DNA from: an uncultured Actinomycetota bacterium
Lineage (GTDB): Bacteria; Actinomycetota; Humimicrobiia; Humimicrobiales; Humimicrobiaceae
Assembly: GCA_964423265.1 (NCBI GenBank)
Contig: CAYREF010000002.1
Span: 16,704-80,703, forward strand
DNA: 64,000 bases
Reading direction: 5' to 3'
Part shown: piece after piece, positions 49,131 to 58,989 of the stretch
Layout: every line of letters begins with the position of its first letter
How positions within the stretch are numbered: position 1 is the first letter of the stretch
The notes under the pieces: model-generated
Databases searched by the model: none
Told to the model about the DNA's origin: nothing
Seen by the model: the letters and a program-made list of their open reading frames with translations, nothing else
Made by a program: the position numbers and the translations under genes

Positions 49131-49451
49131 TTGGATTCTAGGGATATTTTTTTAAAAATCTTCCTTGAAACCGGAATCGGACTTTATCTCATGGAAGCAA
49201 GTGCAGGGATGGATGTGGTAGCGACCAGAAAGAAATATCCCAAACTACAGATTATGGGTGGTATACCTAAATCTGATATTGAGCTAGGCAAGGAGAGAAT
49301 CGACCAGTTTTTGGAGCCGGTTAACTGGCTGCTTAAGCAGAGCGGCTATATCCCTTTCGGTGACCATTTTATACCGCCAGAAGTGCCATGGAAGGGATTT
49401 AAATATTACCGGGAAAAATTAAATAAAATGATAGATAAAACTGCTAAGTAA
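49131..49451 (+). pseudogene. C-terminal remnant of a uroporphyrinogen-decarboxylase (URO-D/MtaA-like) family gene
   Basis: LQIMGGIPKSDIELGKERIDQFLEP...GYIPFGDHFIPPEVPWKGFKYY matches the C-terminal third of URO-D-family enzymes (GN.DP...G...NLGHGI.P.tP). No N-terminal two-thirds exists in any upstream frame. Confidence 0.4.
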
Positions 49452-49479
49452 TTTAAAATTTTTAGGAGGAGAAGATATT

Positions 49480-50706
49480 ATGGCTAATAAAGTAAAAGAA
49501 TTTACCAGGAAAGCATTAGATGCCAATAACGGAGTGCTCCATCTTGCACCCACCTGGGTTCCAAGGGCTTTTTGTATTCCGGGAAGAAGGCTTAAACTGC
49601 ATACCGATGACCTATATGCCCTGGGAACAAATAGGGGCGGAATTGATGAAAGGTGGTTTTCATCAACTTGCCCTGCAGATAATGGGCCAGGTACTCCAGA
49701 AGATGAGGGTTTAAGCTATGTTGTGTCCGGAGAAGAGAAAGTTCTTCTAAGGGATATAATTGATGAGAGTGGATCTGAGATTTTAGGGGATAAAGTTATG
49801 GATAAGTGGGGAGGGCTAAAGGTTTTCTCCAAGTTTTTTGATAACATGGATGCCCTGCCGCACCACGTGCATTTAGGTGAAGAGCATGCCAAAAAGGTGG
49901 GCATGGAAGGAAAACCCGAATCATATTATTTCCCTCCGCAGGTAAATTTTTGCGAAAATAATTTCCCTTATACCTTTTTCGGCCTGGAACCCGGAACCAC
50001 TAAAGGTCAGGTTAGAAAATGCCTGGAAGATTTTGAGAAAGGGGACAACAAGATAACCAGCCTGTCAAAGGCTTACAAATTGGATGTGGGAACTGGCTGG
50101 TTGCTTCCTCCTGGTATATTGCATGCCCCAGGCTCGCTGTGCTCATTTGAAGTGCAGTGGTCTTCCGATGTTTACAGCATGTTCCAATCAGTAACTGCAA
50201 ATAAGCCTGTAGACAGGTCTCTTCTGGTTAAAGATATACCGGAAGATAAAAAAGATGACCTGGATTATTTATTGAGTGTACTGGATTGGGACTTAAATGT
50301 ATTGCCGGATTTCAAAGAGCAGTTTTACCTTAAACCGCTAAAGATAGGGGATACAAAAGATAAAGGGTACCAGGAAAAGTGGATAATATATGGAAAAATT
50401 GATGGCGAGGAGTCCTTTAGTTCCAAGGAGCTAACTGTATTTCCAGCAGGCAAAGCGCATATAAAGGATACCGGTGCCTATGGAATAATAACTATCCAGG
50501 GTAATGGGGCTATTAATGGCATGCCGCTTGAAACCCCAACCATGATCAGGTTTGGTGATATTACCCGGGACGAATACTTTATTCCTTATACTGCGGCGAG
50601 GGATGGAGTTACTATTGAAAATGTAGGGCATGAGCCCTTAGTTGTCCTTAAATTTTTCGGTCCTGATTGCAATCCAGACTTGCCGGATATTAAGGATGTA
50701 AAATAA
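49480..50706 (+). CDS. Type I phosphomannose-isomerase-like cupin sugar isomerase
   Basis: LKVFSKFFDNMDALPHHVHLGEEH aligns with the PMI-I metal-binding region LPFLFKVLSAAQPLSIQVHPNKHN. 408 aa, first gene of the sugar cluster. Confidence 0.5.
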   Translation: MANKVKEFTRKALDANNGVLHLAPTWVPRAFCIPGRRLKLHTDDLYALGTNRGGIDERWFSSTCPADNGPGTPEDEGLSYVVSGEEKVLLRDIIDESGSEILGDKVMDKWGGLKVFSKFFDNMDALPHHVHLGEEHAKKVGMEGKPESYYFPPQVNFCENNFPYTFFGLEPGTTKGQVRKCLEDFEKGDNKITSLSKAYKLDVGTGWLLPPGILHAPGSLCSFEVQWSSDVYSMFQSVTANKPVDRSLLVKDIPEDKKDDLDYLLSVLDWDLNVLPDFKEQFYLKPLKIGDTKDKGYQEKWIIYGKIDGEESFSSKELTVFPAGKAHIKDTGAYGIITIQGNGAINGMPLETPTMIRFGDITRDEYFIPYTAARDGVTIENVGHEPLVVLKFFGPDCNPDLPDIKDVK

Positions 50707-50727
50707 TTATAAGGAGGGAAAAGAGGT

Positions 50728-51678
50728 ATGAAGCCTCAAAATTACCAGATAGCAGATGAGAAAATAAGGAGCAAATTTTTAAAGCTAAAAGAGGAAAATC
50801 CCAAAAGGCTTGAAAAAAGGCTCAAACTTTCCTGGTCTAACTGGGGGTTTGGTGTTGAAGGGTTAGAAGAGTCTGCTGTAAGGCTTAACAAATATGGGAT
50901 AAAATACATCGAGCTTCACGGTAACAGGTACGGAAAAGATCTCGGCTATAAGGTTAATGAAGCAAAAAAGATACTTTCTTCCTATAAAATAGAAGTAGGG
51001 GGGGTTTGTGGGATGTTTTCTGCGGAAAATGACCTTTCTTCTAATTCCCCCTTGTGCAGGCAGAGGGCAATTGACTACATAAGGAGAAACCTGGAACTTG
51101 GAAAAGGGCTGGGAGCTAAATATTTTTTAGTAGTTCCCGGAGCAGTGGGAAGGCCGGAGGCCTATGATGATATGGAATTTTTCCGTTCAACCCAAACCTT
51201 TAAAATAGTGGCAGACCAGTTTAAGGAGGTTGAAATTAAGGGAGCTGTAGAGCCCATAAGGTCTGCAGAGGTTAGCTTTTGCCACACTTTTGCCCAGGCT
51301 AAAGAATATATAGAGGCAGTAAGCAGTCCCGGCATAAAGCATATAAACGGGGACGTATACCATATGCTGGTTGAAGAAAACCATATTGGCCAGGCAATCC
51401 TGGATGCAGAGGGTATGCTTACAAATCTCCATATGGCAGACACTAATAGAGGTGCGCTGGGAACAGGCTTTCTGGACCTGGACACTATAATTATGGCTCT
51501 TTATGTTATAGGCTACAATAATGATGACAGCTGTTTTGTGACCCCTGAGCCATTGGGGCCGGGAGGAGATCCTTATCCGGCCATGTATGGAAAGCCAGAT
51601 CCTGATGAATTGGATGATTTGGTTAGGACATCTGTTAATTATTTTAAGGAAAGGGAAGAAGAAGTATTAAATATATAA
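50728..51678 (+). CDS. Xylose-isomerase-like TIM-barrel sugar (phosphate) isomerase/epimerase
   Basis: 316 aa with an AP-endonuclease-2/XI-like TIM barrel pattern (IELHG, HINGDVYHM, HMADTNRGALGTG). Confidence 0.55.
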   Translation: MKPQNYQIADEKIRSKFLKLKEENPKRLEKRLKLSWSNWGFGVEGLEESAVRLNKYGIKYIELHGNRYGKDLGYKVNEAKKILSSYKIEVGGVCGMFSAENDLSSNSPLCRQRAIDYIRRNLELGKGLGAKYFLVVPGAVGRPEAYDDMEFFRSTQTFKIVADQFKEVEIKGAVEPIRSAEVSFCHTFAQAKEYIEAVSSPGIKHINGDVYHMLVEENHIGQAILDAEGMLTNLHMADTNRGALGTGFLDLDTIIMALYVIGYNNDDSCFVTPEPLGPGGDPYPAMYGKPDPDELDDLVRTSVNYFKEREEEVLNI

Positions 51679-51701
51679 AATAATAAGGGAAGGGAATACC
51701 C

Positions 51702-53351
51702 ATGGCTAAATACATAATAGGCATAGATTTTGGAACAGATTCAGTACGCTCAGTTGTAATAGATGCAGATTCAGGAAAAGAGGTATCTACCCATGTCTCT
51801 TATTACCCCAGATGGATGGAGGGAAAATTCTCGGACCCTTCAAAAAACCAGTTCAGGCAACACCCCTTAGACCATATTGAGGCATTGGAGGATTCGGTTA
51901 CAGGAGCCCTTAAAAAGGGGGGCAATATTGGCGGGGAGGTAATAGGCATTGGCGTAGATACTACAGGTTCAACCCCGGCACCGGTTGACAGGGAAGGAAA
52001 CGTGCTGGCCTCAAAAGATGAATTTAAGGATAACCCCAATGCTATGTTTGTGCTCTGGAAAGATCATACTGCAGTAAAAGAAGCAGAAGAGATAAACAGG
52101 TTGGCAAAAAACTGGGGAGGGGAAGATTTTACAAAGTATGAAGGCGGCGTGTATTCAAGCGAATGGTTCTGGGCAAAAATTCTCCATATAATGAGGGAGG
52201 ATAAAAAGGTAGGGGAGGCTTGCTTTTCCTGGGTAGAGCATGCCGACTGGGTTCCAGCCATACTTACCGGCATTACTGACCCTTTAGAGATTAAAAGGAG
52301 CAGGTGCGCAGCAGGACATAAGGCCATGTGGCATGCAGACTGGGGTGGGCTACCCTCGGCAGAGTTTTTAGAAAAGCTGGACCCTGCCCTAAGAGATTTA
52401 AGAGATAACCTTTACAGCAAAACCTATACTTCAGATAAGAGAGCAGGCAGCCTTTCTAGCTACTGGGCTAAAAAACTTGGCTTAAAGGAAGGGATAGCAG
52501 TGGCAGTGGGAGCTTTTGATGCCCATATGGGAGCGGTAGGAGCTCAGGTAAAAGATAAAACTTTTGTAAAGATACTGGGCACTTCATGCTGTGATGTAGC
52601 AGTAACTCCCCGCCAAAGGCTTTCCGGGAAACTTGTGGCAGGCATTTGTGGCCAGGTGGACGGCTCGGTTATACCGGAGATGATTGGGCTTGAAGCCGGG
52701 CAGTCTTCTTTCGGGGACGTGTATGCCTGGTTTAAGGACATGCTTTCATGGCCACTTGAGAATTTGCTTCCAGAAGGAACAAACAAAAAACAGATAGAGG
52801 AAAAAATTATACCTGCCTTAACAAAAGAGGCAGAGAAAATAAGGCCTGAAGAAACTGGGCTTCTAGCTCTGGACTGGCTAAACGGCAGGAGAACCCCTTA
52901 TGCAGACCAGACCCTGAAAGGGGCAATAATAGGGCTTACTTTGGGTACCACTGCTCCCAAGATATTTAGGGCTCTGGTAGAGGCTACCGCTTTCGGGGCA
53001 AAAGCAATAGTGGAAAGGTTCAGGGAAGAGAAAATAGAGATTGAAGAAGTAGTTGGAATTGGAGGAATTTCACAGAAATCATCCTTTGTGATGCAGGTTT
53101 TATCTGATGTTTTGGATATGCCGGTAAAGGTAGCCAAGTCTTCCCAGGCGGTAGCGCTGGGGGCCGCCATGTTTGGAGCTGTTGCTTCAGGGCATTACAA
53201 AAATGTCAGGGAAGCCCAGGACAGGATGGGAAGCGGATTTTCAACTGTGTATAAGCCTAACCAAGAAAATGCTAAAATTTATGCTAACCTTTATAAGGGG
53301 TACATAAAATTGGGAAAAGACTTAGAAGATCACCTAAGAAAGCTTAAATAA
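51702..53351 (+). CDS. araB: Ribulokinase (FGGY kinase family)
   Basis: N-terminus YIIGIDFGTDSVRSVVIDADSGKEVSTH closely resembles AraB ([25 protein letters not shown]). 549 aa. Confidence 0.8.
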   Translation: MAKYIIGIDFGTDSVRSVVIDADSGKEVSTHVSYYPRWMEGKFSDPSKNQFRQHPLDHIEALEDSVTGALKKGGNIGGEVIGIGVDTTGSTPAPVDREGNVLASKDEFKDNPNAMFVLWKDHTAVKEAEEINRLAKNWGGEDFTKYEGGVYSSEWFWAKILHIMREDKKVGEACFSWVEHADWVPAILTGITDPLEIKRSRCAAGHKAMWHADWGGLPSAEFLEKLDPALRDLRDNLYSKTYTSDKRAGSLSSYWAKKLGLKEGIAVAVGAFDAHMGAVGAQVKDKTFVKILGTSCCDVAVTPRQRLSGKLVAGICGQVDGSVIPEMIGLEAGQSSFGDVYAWFKDMLSWPLENLLPEGTNKKQIEEKIIPALTKEAEKIRPEETGLLALDWLNGRRTPYADQTLKGAIIGLTLGTTAPKIFRALVEATAFGAKAIVERFREEKIEIEEVVGIGGISQKSSFVMQVLSDVLDMPVKVAKSSQAVALGAAMFGAVASGHYKNVREAQDRMGSGFSTVYKPNQENAKIYANLYKGYIKLGKDLEDHLRKLK

Positions 53352-53352
53352 T

Positions 53353-54048
53353 ATGTTGGAAGAACTAAAAAGACAAGTTTATAAGGCTAATATTGATTTG
53401 GTAGAAAAGGGGCTGGTTATTTATACTTTTGGCAATGCCTCTGGAATTGACAGGGGAAAAGGTATTGTCTGTATTAAGCCAAGCGGAGTAGATTACGACA
53501 GGCTAAGGCCTAAAGATATGGTTTTGGTTGGCCTGGATGGAAAAAAGGTAGAAGGAGAGCTTAACCCTTCCTCAGATACAAAGACTCACCTGGTATTGTA
53601 TAATAGTTTTGACGGCATTGGCGGAGTGGCCCATACCCATTCCAGATATGCTACAGCCTGGGCACAGGCCAGGCGTCCGCTTGCTTGCCTGGGAACAACC
53701 CATGCCGATTATTTTAATGGAGAAGTTCCCTGCACTAAAGTAATAGAGGACAAAGATATTAAAGATGATTATGAGGAAAAAACAGGGAAGCTGATTGTAG
53801 AAACCTTCAAAAGCATGGACTACCGGCAAATGAAAGCGGTGATGGTAGCCTGCCACGGGCCTTTTACCTGGGGAAAAGATGCAGAGGAAGCTGTGTTTGT
53901 CAGTTCTATGTTAGAAGTTATAGCAGAGATGAATATATACTCAGTATTATTGAATCCGGAAATTAAAAATATTAAAAATAGTTTGCTTTTAAAGCATTAC
54001 TTAAGAAAGCATGGAAAAGAAGCCTATTACGGTCAGAAAAATAAATGA
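53353..54048 (+). CDS. araD: L-ribulose-5-phosphate 4-epimerase (class II aldolase/adducin fold)
   Basis: 231 aa, near-colinear with E. coli AraD (GVAHTHSRYATAWAQA, GTTHADYFNGEVPCT, LLKHYLRKHGKEAYYGQ). Confidence 0.85.
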   Translation: MLEELKRQVYKANIDLVEKGLVIYTFGNASGIDRGKGIVCIKPSGVDYDRLRPKDMVLVGLDGKKVEGELNPSSDTKTHLVLYNSFDGIGGVAHTHSRYATAWAQARRPLACLGTTHADYFNGEVPCTKVIEDKDIKDDYEEKTGKLIVETFKSMDYRQMKAVMVACHGPFTWGKDAEEAVFVSSMLEVIAEMNIYSVLLNPEIKNIKNSLLLKHYLRKHGKEAYYGQKNK

Positions 54049-54239
54049 GATTGCTTTTTTTAGAAGGTCGCAACTGCCGTAAATATCATAAAAAATTTTC
54101 CTTATTTCGGCTTGTATCTAATAAATGTTCACCATGGAAATAAACTTGTAATAAACTAAGTCTACAAATTTTATTTAGAGCTTTATTGTAAAATAACATA
54201 AAGATTTAATTAAAATATTATTACAACAATAGGTACCGG

Positions 54240-55514
54240 GTGATTTTAATGATAAAAGATATTGAAGCAAAGTTCAAATCCGCCAAAGAATATTATGCCG
54301 ATTATGGAGTTGATGTTGAGGAAGTCTTGGGTAAATTAAAAAAAATTCCAATTTCGGTACATTGCTGGCAGGGCGATGATTGCGGAGGTTTTGAGAGGCC
54401 AGGAGCAAAACTTGCTGGTGGAGGAATTTTATCTACTGGAGATAAGCCTGGAAAAGCTAGAAATCTGGAGGAGCTAAGATGCGATATAGAGAAAACCTTT
54501 TCTCTGATTCCGGGTAAAAAAAGGCTAGGGATCCATGCCATGTACGGGGATTTTAGCGATGGTTTTGTAGATAGGGATAAAATTGAAACTAAGCATTATG
54601 CCGGCTGGCTGGATTGGGCTAAGGCAAAGGGGGCAGCTTTAGACTTTCATCCCACCCTTTTTTCACATGAACTGGCAAGTGACGGGTTTACCCTTTCAAG
54701 CAAGGATAAAAGTAAGAGGAAGTTCTGGATAGAACATGTCAAAAGAAGCAGAGAAATTGCAAACTATATTGGCAAGGAGCAGGAAAATCCCTGTGTTATG
54801 AACCTGTGGATACCTGACGGGAGCAAAGATTTAACTGCCAGCAGGCTAGAGCACCGAAAGGTTTTAGCTGAATCATTAGATGAGATTTTTTCTGTCCAAT
54901 ACTCAGAGAATAATTTAATTGATACAGTTGAAAGCAAGCTGTTTGGCATTGGATCTGAGAGCTATGTGGTAGGCTCTTATGATTTTTATTTAAGCTATGC
55001 CTTAAAAAATGACAAATTCTTAACTTTGGATACTGGCCATTTCCATCCCCAGGAGAAGGTTTCAGATAAAATATCAGCCCTTATTCCTTTTATAAAAGGA
55101 ATTATGCTTCACTTGAGCAGGGGAGTTAGGTGGGATAGCGATCATGTTACCATCCTAACCGGGGAGCTTATAGCCATCATGCAGGAAATAATAAGGGCAG
55201 ATGCACTGGATAAGGTATATATTGGGAGCGATTTCTTTGACGGAAGCATTAACCGGATTGGGGCCTGGGTAATAGGGGAGCGGGCAATAGCAAAAGCGCT
55301 ACTTTATGCACTGCTTGAGCCTACCACTGTTTTAAAGGATTATGAGAATAAGGGCAGCTTGTTTGCAAGGCTGGGGTTTTTAGAACAACTAAAAACCATG
55401 CCTTTTGGAGATATATGGAATTACTACTGTAGGCAGATGGACACACCAGCTGAGGATGAATGGATGGATGAGGTTTTTAGATATGAGAAAGAGGTTTTGA
55501 GTAAAAGGGCTTAA
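54240..55514 (+). CDS. rhaA: L-rhamnose isomerase
   Basis: Colinear with E. coli RhaA: SVHCWQGDD, GKARN..ELR.D, DFHP, WIPDG, DTGHFHP, VRWDSDHV, WVIG.R, YE.E.L..R. Confidence 0.85.
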   Translation: MILMIKDIEAKFKSAKEYYADYGVDVEEVLGKLKKIPISVHCWQGDDCGGFERPGAKLAGGGILSTGDKPGKARNLEELRCDIEKTFSLIPGKKRLGIHAMYGDFSDGFVDRDKIETKHYAGWLDWAKAKGAALDFHPTLFSHELASDGFTLSSKDKSKRKFWIEHVKRSREIANYIGKEQENPCVMNLWIPDGSKDLTASRLEHRKVLAESLDEIFSVQYSENNLIDTVESKLFGIGSESYVVGSYDFYLSYALKNDKFLTLDTGHFHPQEKVSDKISALIPFIKGIMLHLSRGVRWDSDHVTILTGELIAIMQEIIRADALDKVYIGSDFFDGSINRIGAWVIGERAIAKALLYALLEPTTVLKDYENKGSLFARLGFLEQLKTMPFGDIWNYYCRQMDTPAEDEWMDEVFRYEKEVLSKRA

Positions 55515-55547
55515 AGGTTATCATATTTAAAAGTAAAGGAATTAAAG

Positions 55548-56987
55548 ATGTTTGGCAAAAAGAATCTAACCGTTGGCTATGCTCCAACTAGGAGAAACGT
55601 TTTTAGTGTTGAAGATGCATCAAAGTACAAAAAATTAACCTATGAAAAGTTAAAAACCTCAGGATGTAAAATTATAGACATAGAAGATATAAATGATGAG
55701 GGCCTGGTGCGCTTAGATGATGATATTGAGCCGGTTGTTAAAAAGTTTAAGGAAAATAATGTGGACTGTGTATTTTCGCCCCATTGCAATTTTGGCACAG
55801 AAAGCGCTGTAGCCAAAATAGGGGCCAGGGTGGGAAAGCCCTTCCTTCTTTGGGGACCAAGGGATGAAAGTCCGCTGCCTGATGGGTCTAGGCTAAGGGA
55901 TAGCCAATGCGGCCTTTTTGCTACCAGCAAGATTTTACAGAGGTTTAATGTACCTTTCACCTATGTAATTAATTCCAGGATTGAAAGCAAAGTATTTAGC
56001 CAGGGATTGGATAATTTTTTAAGGACAGCTAATGTAGTAAAGGCATTTGGAAATCTTAAGATAGGACAGGTAGGGGTAAGGCCAGGGGATTTCTGGTCTG
56101 TTATTTGTAATGAAGGGGAGCTTGTAAATAAGTTTGGTATTGAAATAGTTCCATTTAACTTAATAGATATAGTAGATAAGGTTAAAATGCTGCTGAATAA
56201 ACCAGATAAATCTTTTAATAAGACCTATAATTTTGTAAAAGAGAACATGGATGTAAAAATAAATGACAGTGACCTTAAAAGCATTATAGCCTTAAAAGAG
56301 GTATTAAAAAAGATTTCCATAGATCGGGACATATCTGCATTTGCCTTGCAGTGCTGGAATTCACTACAGGGGATGCTGGGGGTTGTTCCCTGCCTTGCAA
56401 ATGCTCTTCTTTTTGATGAAATGATTCCTGTTGCCTGCGAGACCGATATTTGCGGGGCAATTACAGCAGTCATGGCTCAGGCTGCAGATTATAGCCAATC
56501 TTCTGTGTTTTTTGCTGATATTACAATAAGGCATCCTGAAGATGATAATGCTGAGCTTCTGTGGCATTGCGGCCCATTTCCATATTCATTGAAGAAGGAA
56601 GGAACCGAAGCAGAAGTAACAAAACATTTTATTATAGATGGTAATCCCTCAGGGACATGCAGTTGGGAAATAAAAGGGGGAAGCTTAACTGTTTTAAGGT
56701 TTGATGGTATTGGGGGAAAATATTCTTTGTTTGCAGGGCATGCAGAAGGTACAACTGGTCCTAAAAACAAGGGGACTTATCTTTGGGTAAAAGTAAAAGA
56801 CTGGAGCAGGTGGGAAGAAAAACTTATAAATGGACCATATATACACCATGTGGCTGGGATTCATAGGAAGATAGCGCCAGTTCTGTATGAGGCATGCAAA
56901 TATATTGAAGGGTTGGAATATGACCCTGTAGAGCCAACTAGAGAGGAAATATCAGATTGGCTTGCTTGCAGAGCTGATGAGGTATAA
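55548..56987 (+). CDS. L-fucose isomerase/L-arabinose isomerase family protein (short form)
   Basis: N-terminus TVGYAPTRRNVFSVEDA resembles the FucI N-terminus IGIRPVIDGRRMGVRESLE. 479 aa. Substrate is not assignable. Confidence 0.55.
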   Translation: MFGKKNLTVGYAPTRRNVFSVEDASKYKKLTYEKLKTSGCKIIDIEDINDEGLVRLDDDIEPVVKKFKENNVDCVFSPHCNFGTESAVAKIGARVGKPFLLWGPRDESPLPDGSRLRDSQCGLFATSKILQRFNVPFTYVINSRIESKVFSQGLDNFLRTANVVKAFGNLKIGQVGVRPGDFWSVICNEGELVNKFGIEIVPFNLIDIVDKVKMLLNKPDKSFNKTYNFVKENMDVKINDSDLKSIIALKEVLKKISIDRDISAFALQCWNSLQGMLGVVPCLANALLFDEMIPVACETDICGAITAVMAQAADYSQSSVFFADITIRHPEDDNAELLWHCGPFPYSLKKEGTEAEVTKHFIIDGNPSGTCSWEIKGGSLTVLRFDGIGGKYSLFAGHAEGTTGPKNKGTYLWVKVKDWSRWEEKLINGPYIHHVAGIHRKIAPVLYEACKYIEGLEYDPVEPTREEISDWLACRADEV

Positions 56988-57630
56988 TTTATTAATTCTT
57001 ATATTAAAATTCTGTCTCTAGAATACACTATGGAAGAATTATAATTGTATTAAATATGATATTTTGAAGATATGCTCTCAGTATTTCTAATACTTCTTTT
57101 GCATGGAGGGTTCCTACATTGTGTCTATTATTGAAGGTATTGAGACCCCCTATTTATACTGAGAAGACGGTCTGTATTATATTCACTACTAAGGGTGTTT
57201 TTCAAAAGTAGGAGATAGTGCAAAGGAAAGAGCAAAATAACGGAGTTAAAAATTTTAATTTTGACAGTTTAGAATATTTAAATATGATTACAATCAATAG
57301 ATCCAAGGATGCCTCTTTACAATGCGCACCGCCCCGGGACAATTTATTTTTAAGATTTAAATGCACAAAAATAGAAAATCAACTTTTGATCTCAAACCCC
57401 TTTAACTTTTAATACACAATTGAAACTTGGTGTCTAAACGGTTAATAGCGGAACTATTTATTTAATTATTTAATCGAAAAAGTTTATTCTAAAAAAGATA
57501 TCAATTCCTAGTGGTAATGTGACCTCAAAATATTAATGATAGAAATAAATATATTACCCTTACAATTGCATTATTAGGATTGTCTATTATAGAATATTAA
57601 CACTTGGTATTTAGATTTTAAGGAAGATTA

Positions 57631-58977
57631 ATGTTTAAGAATAAATTATTGCTACTTTTTTTTATCTTATTTCTTACACTGGCATTGGGCAGCCTGCTCT
57701 CTTGCCGTTTGGTTGAAACGGGAACAGAAAACAGTGAGGAAAAAACTGTGGAAGAGAATGAAGATGTAACTGAAACAGAAGTAATAATAGAAAGTGAAAG
57801 GCAGCTTGATATAGAAATATGGGATTACATGGATGCAAAAGAAAGAATTGCCCTTATGGATTCAATTGAAAAATTCAATAATCTTAATCCTGATCTTAAT
57901 CTTGAGGCAAGACATATTAGAAGCGAGCAAGAGCTAATCGACCAGTATAAGGCGGCAAGCCTTGCTGGCTCAGGTCCGGAAATTGTTTTAGTAAATATGG
58001 TAAACATGCATGATTTAGCAGAAGCCAATGTAATAAAGGATATAGACTTCTTGGATTATGAAAACTTTATAGGTGGAATGGAAGAGGTCTCATCATATAA
58101 TGACAGATATTATATAATCCCTTTCAGGGCTACTGACTTTTTAGTTTTTTTCTATAACAGAAACCACGTCAACAATGCGCCTGAAGATTTTGAGGAAATA
58201 GTAGAATATTGCATTGAAAACAACAATGCAGAAGAGCAAACCTACGGCTTCATATTAAACGGGACTGAGCCAGACTGGGTAATTCCTTTCTTAGGGGGAT
58301 ATTCTGATTGGATAGTTGATTACAGCAATTACGCAATTTCACTGGATACCAGCTCTATGAAAAAAACCCTGAATTTTTTGGATTACCTTTATAATAGTGA
58401 AGATAATATCATGCCATCTGGCTTAAGCTATGAAGAGATTAATTCAATGTTTAAAAACGGAAACCTGCATATGGTAATAAATAGCATACAGGCAATAGAA
58501 GAATACAAGGAAGAAAATATCTACTTTAATACTTCAGCCATCCCGGAAGTTCACGGAGGAAGCAAAAACCCAACCCCTGTAATAGAAGGCATGGGGTTTA
58601 TGGTTAATGCAAATTGTTTTGGCCAGGAATTAGAAGTTTCAAAAAACTTTATCAATTTTATGCTTTCAGAAGATATCCAGCTGGAATGGAATAAGAAAAC
58701 CACTACTTTTCCTGTAAACAAAAATATTTCCGAAAATGAAGAATTCCAGAACAATAACATTTTATATAATGCTTTTGAGCAGGCCAAGTTATGCAGGGGA
58801 GATTTACCGGAAGAAGTCCTTAGGGCTATAAGGGACTCACTTCGGATTAATGTTGAAAAGTTTCTAGAAGGGGATTTGGGAATAGAGGATGCTGTCCAAA
58901 AAATAGAAGAAGATGCAATAAGGCTTAGGTCAGGAAGCACTACAACAGAAGAATTAAGGGAGGAATCTTTACAATAG
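57631..58977 (+). CDS. ABC transporter sugar-binding lipoprotein (solute-binding protein family 1)
   Basis: Signal peptide with lipobox LLSC and an approximately 420 aa periplasmic-binding fold, downstream of the sugar cluster. Confidence 0.6.
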   Translation: MFKNKLLLLFFILFLTLALGSLLSCRLVETGTENSEEKTVEENEDVTETEVIIESERQLDIEIWDYMDAKERIALMDSIEKFNNLNPDLNLEARHIRSEQELIDQYKAASLAGSGPEIVLVNMVNMHDLAEANVIKDIDFLDYENFIGGMEEVSSYNDRYYIIPFRATDFLVFFYNRNHVNNAPEDFEEIVEYCIENNNAEEQTYGFILNGTEPDWVIPFLGGYSDWIVDYSNYAISLDTSSMKKTLNFLDYLYNSEDNIMPSGLSYEEINSMFKNGNLHMVINSIQAIEEYKEENIYFNTSAIPEVHGGSKNPTPVIEGMGFMVNANCFGQELEVSKNFINFMLSEDIQLEWNKKTTTFPVNKNISENEEFQNNNILYNAFEQAKLCRGDLPEEVLRAIRDSLRINVEKFLEGDLGIEDAVQKIEEDAIRLRSGSTTTEELREESLQ

Positions 58978-58989
58978 ACAGGAGGAAGA

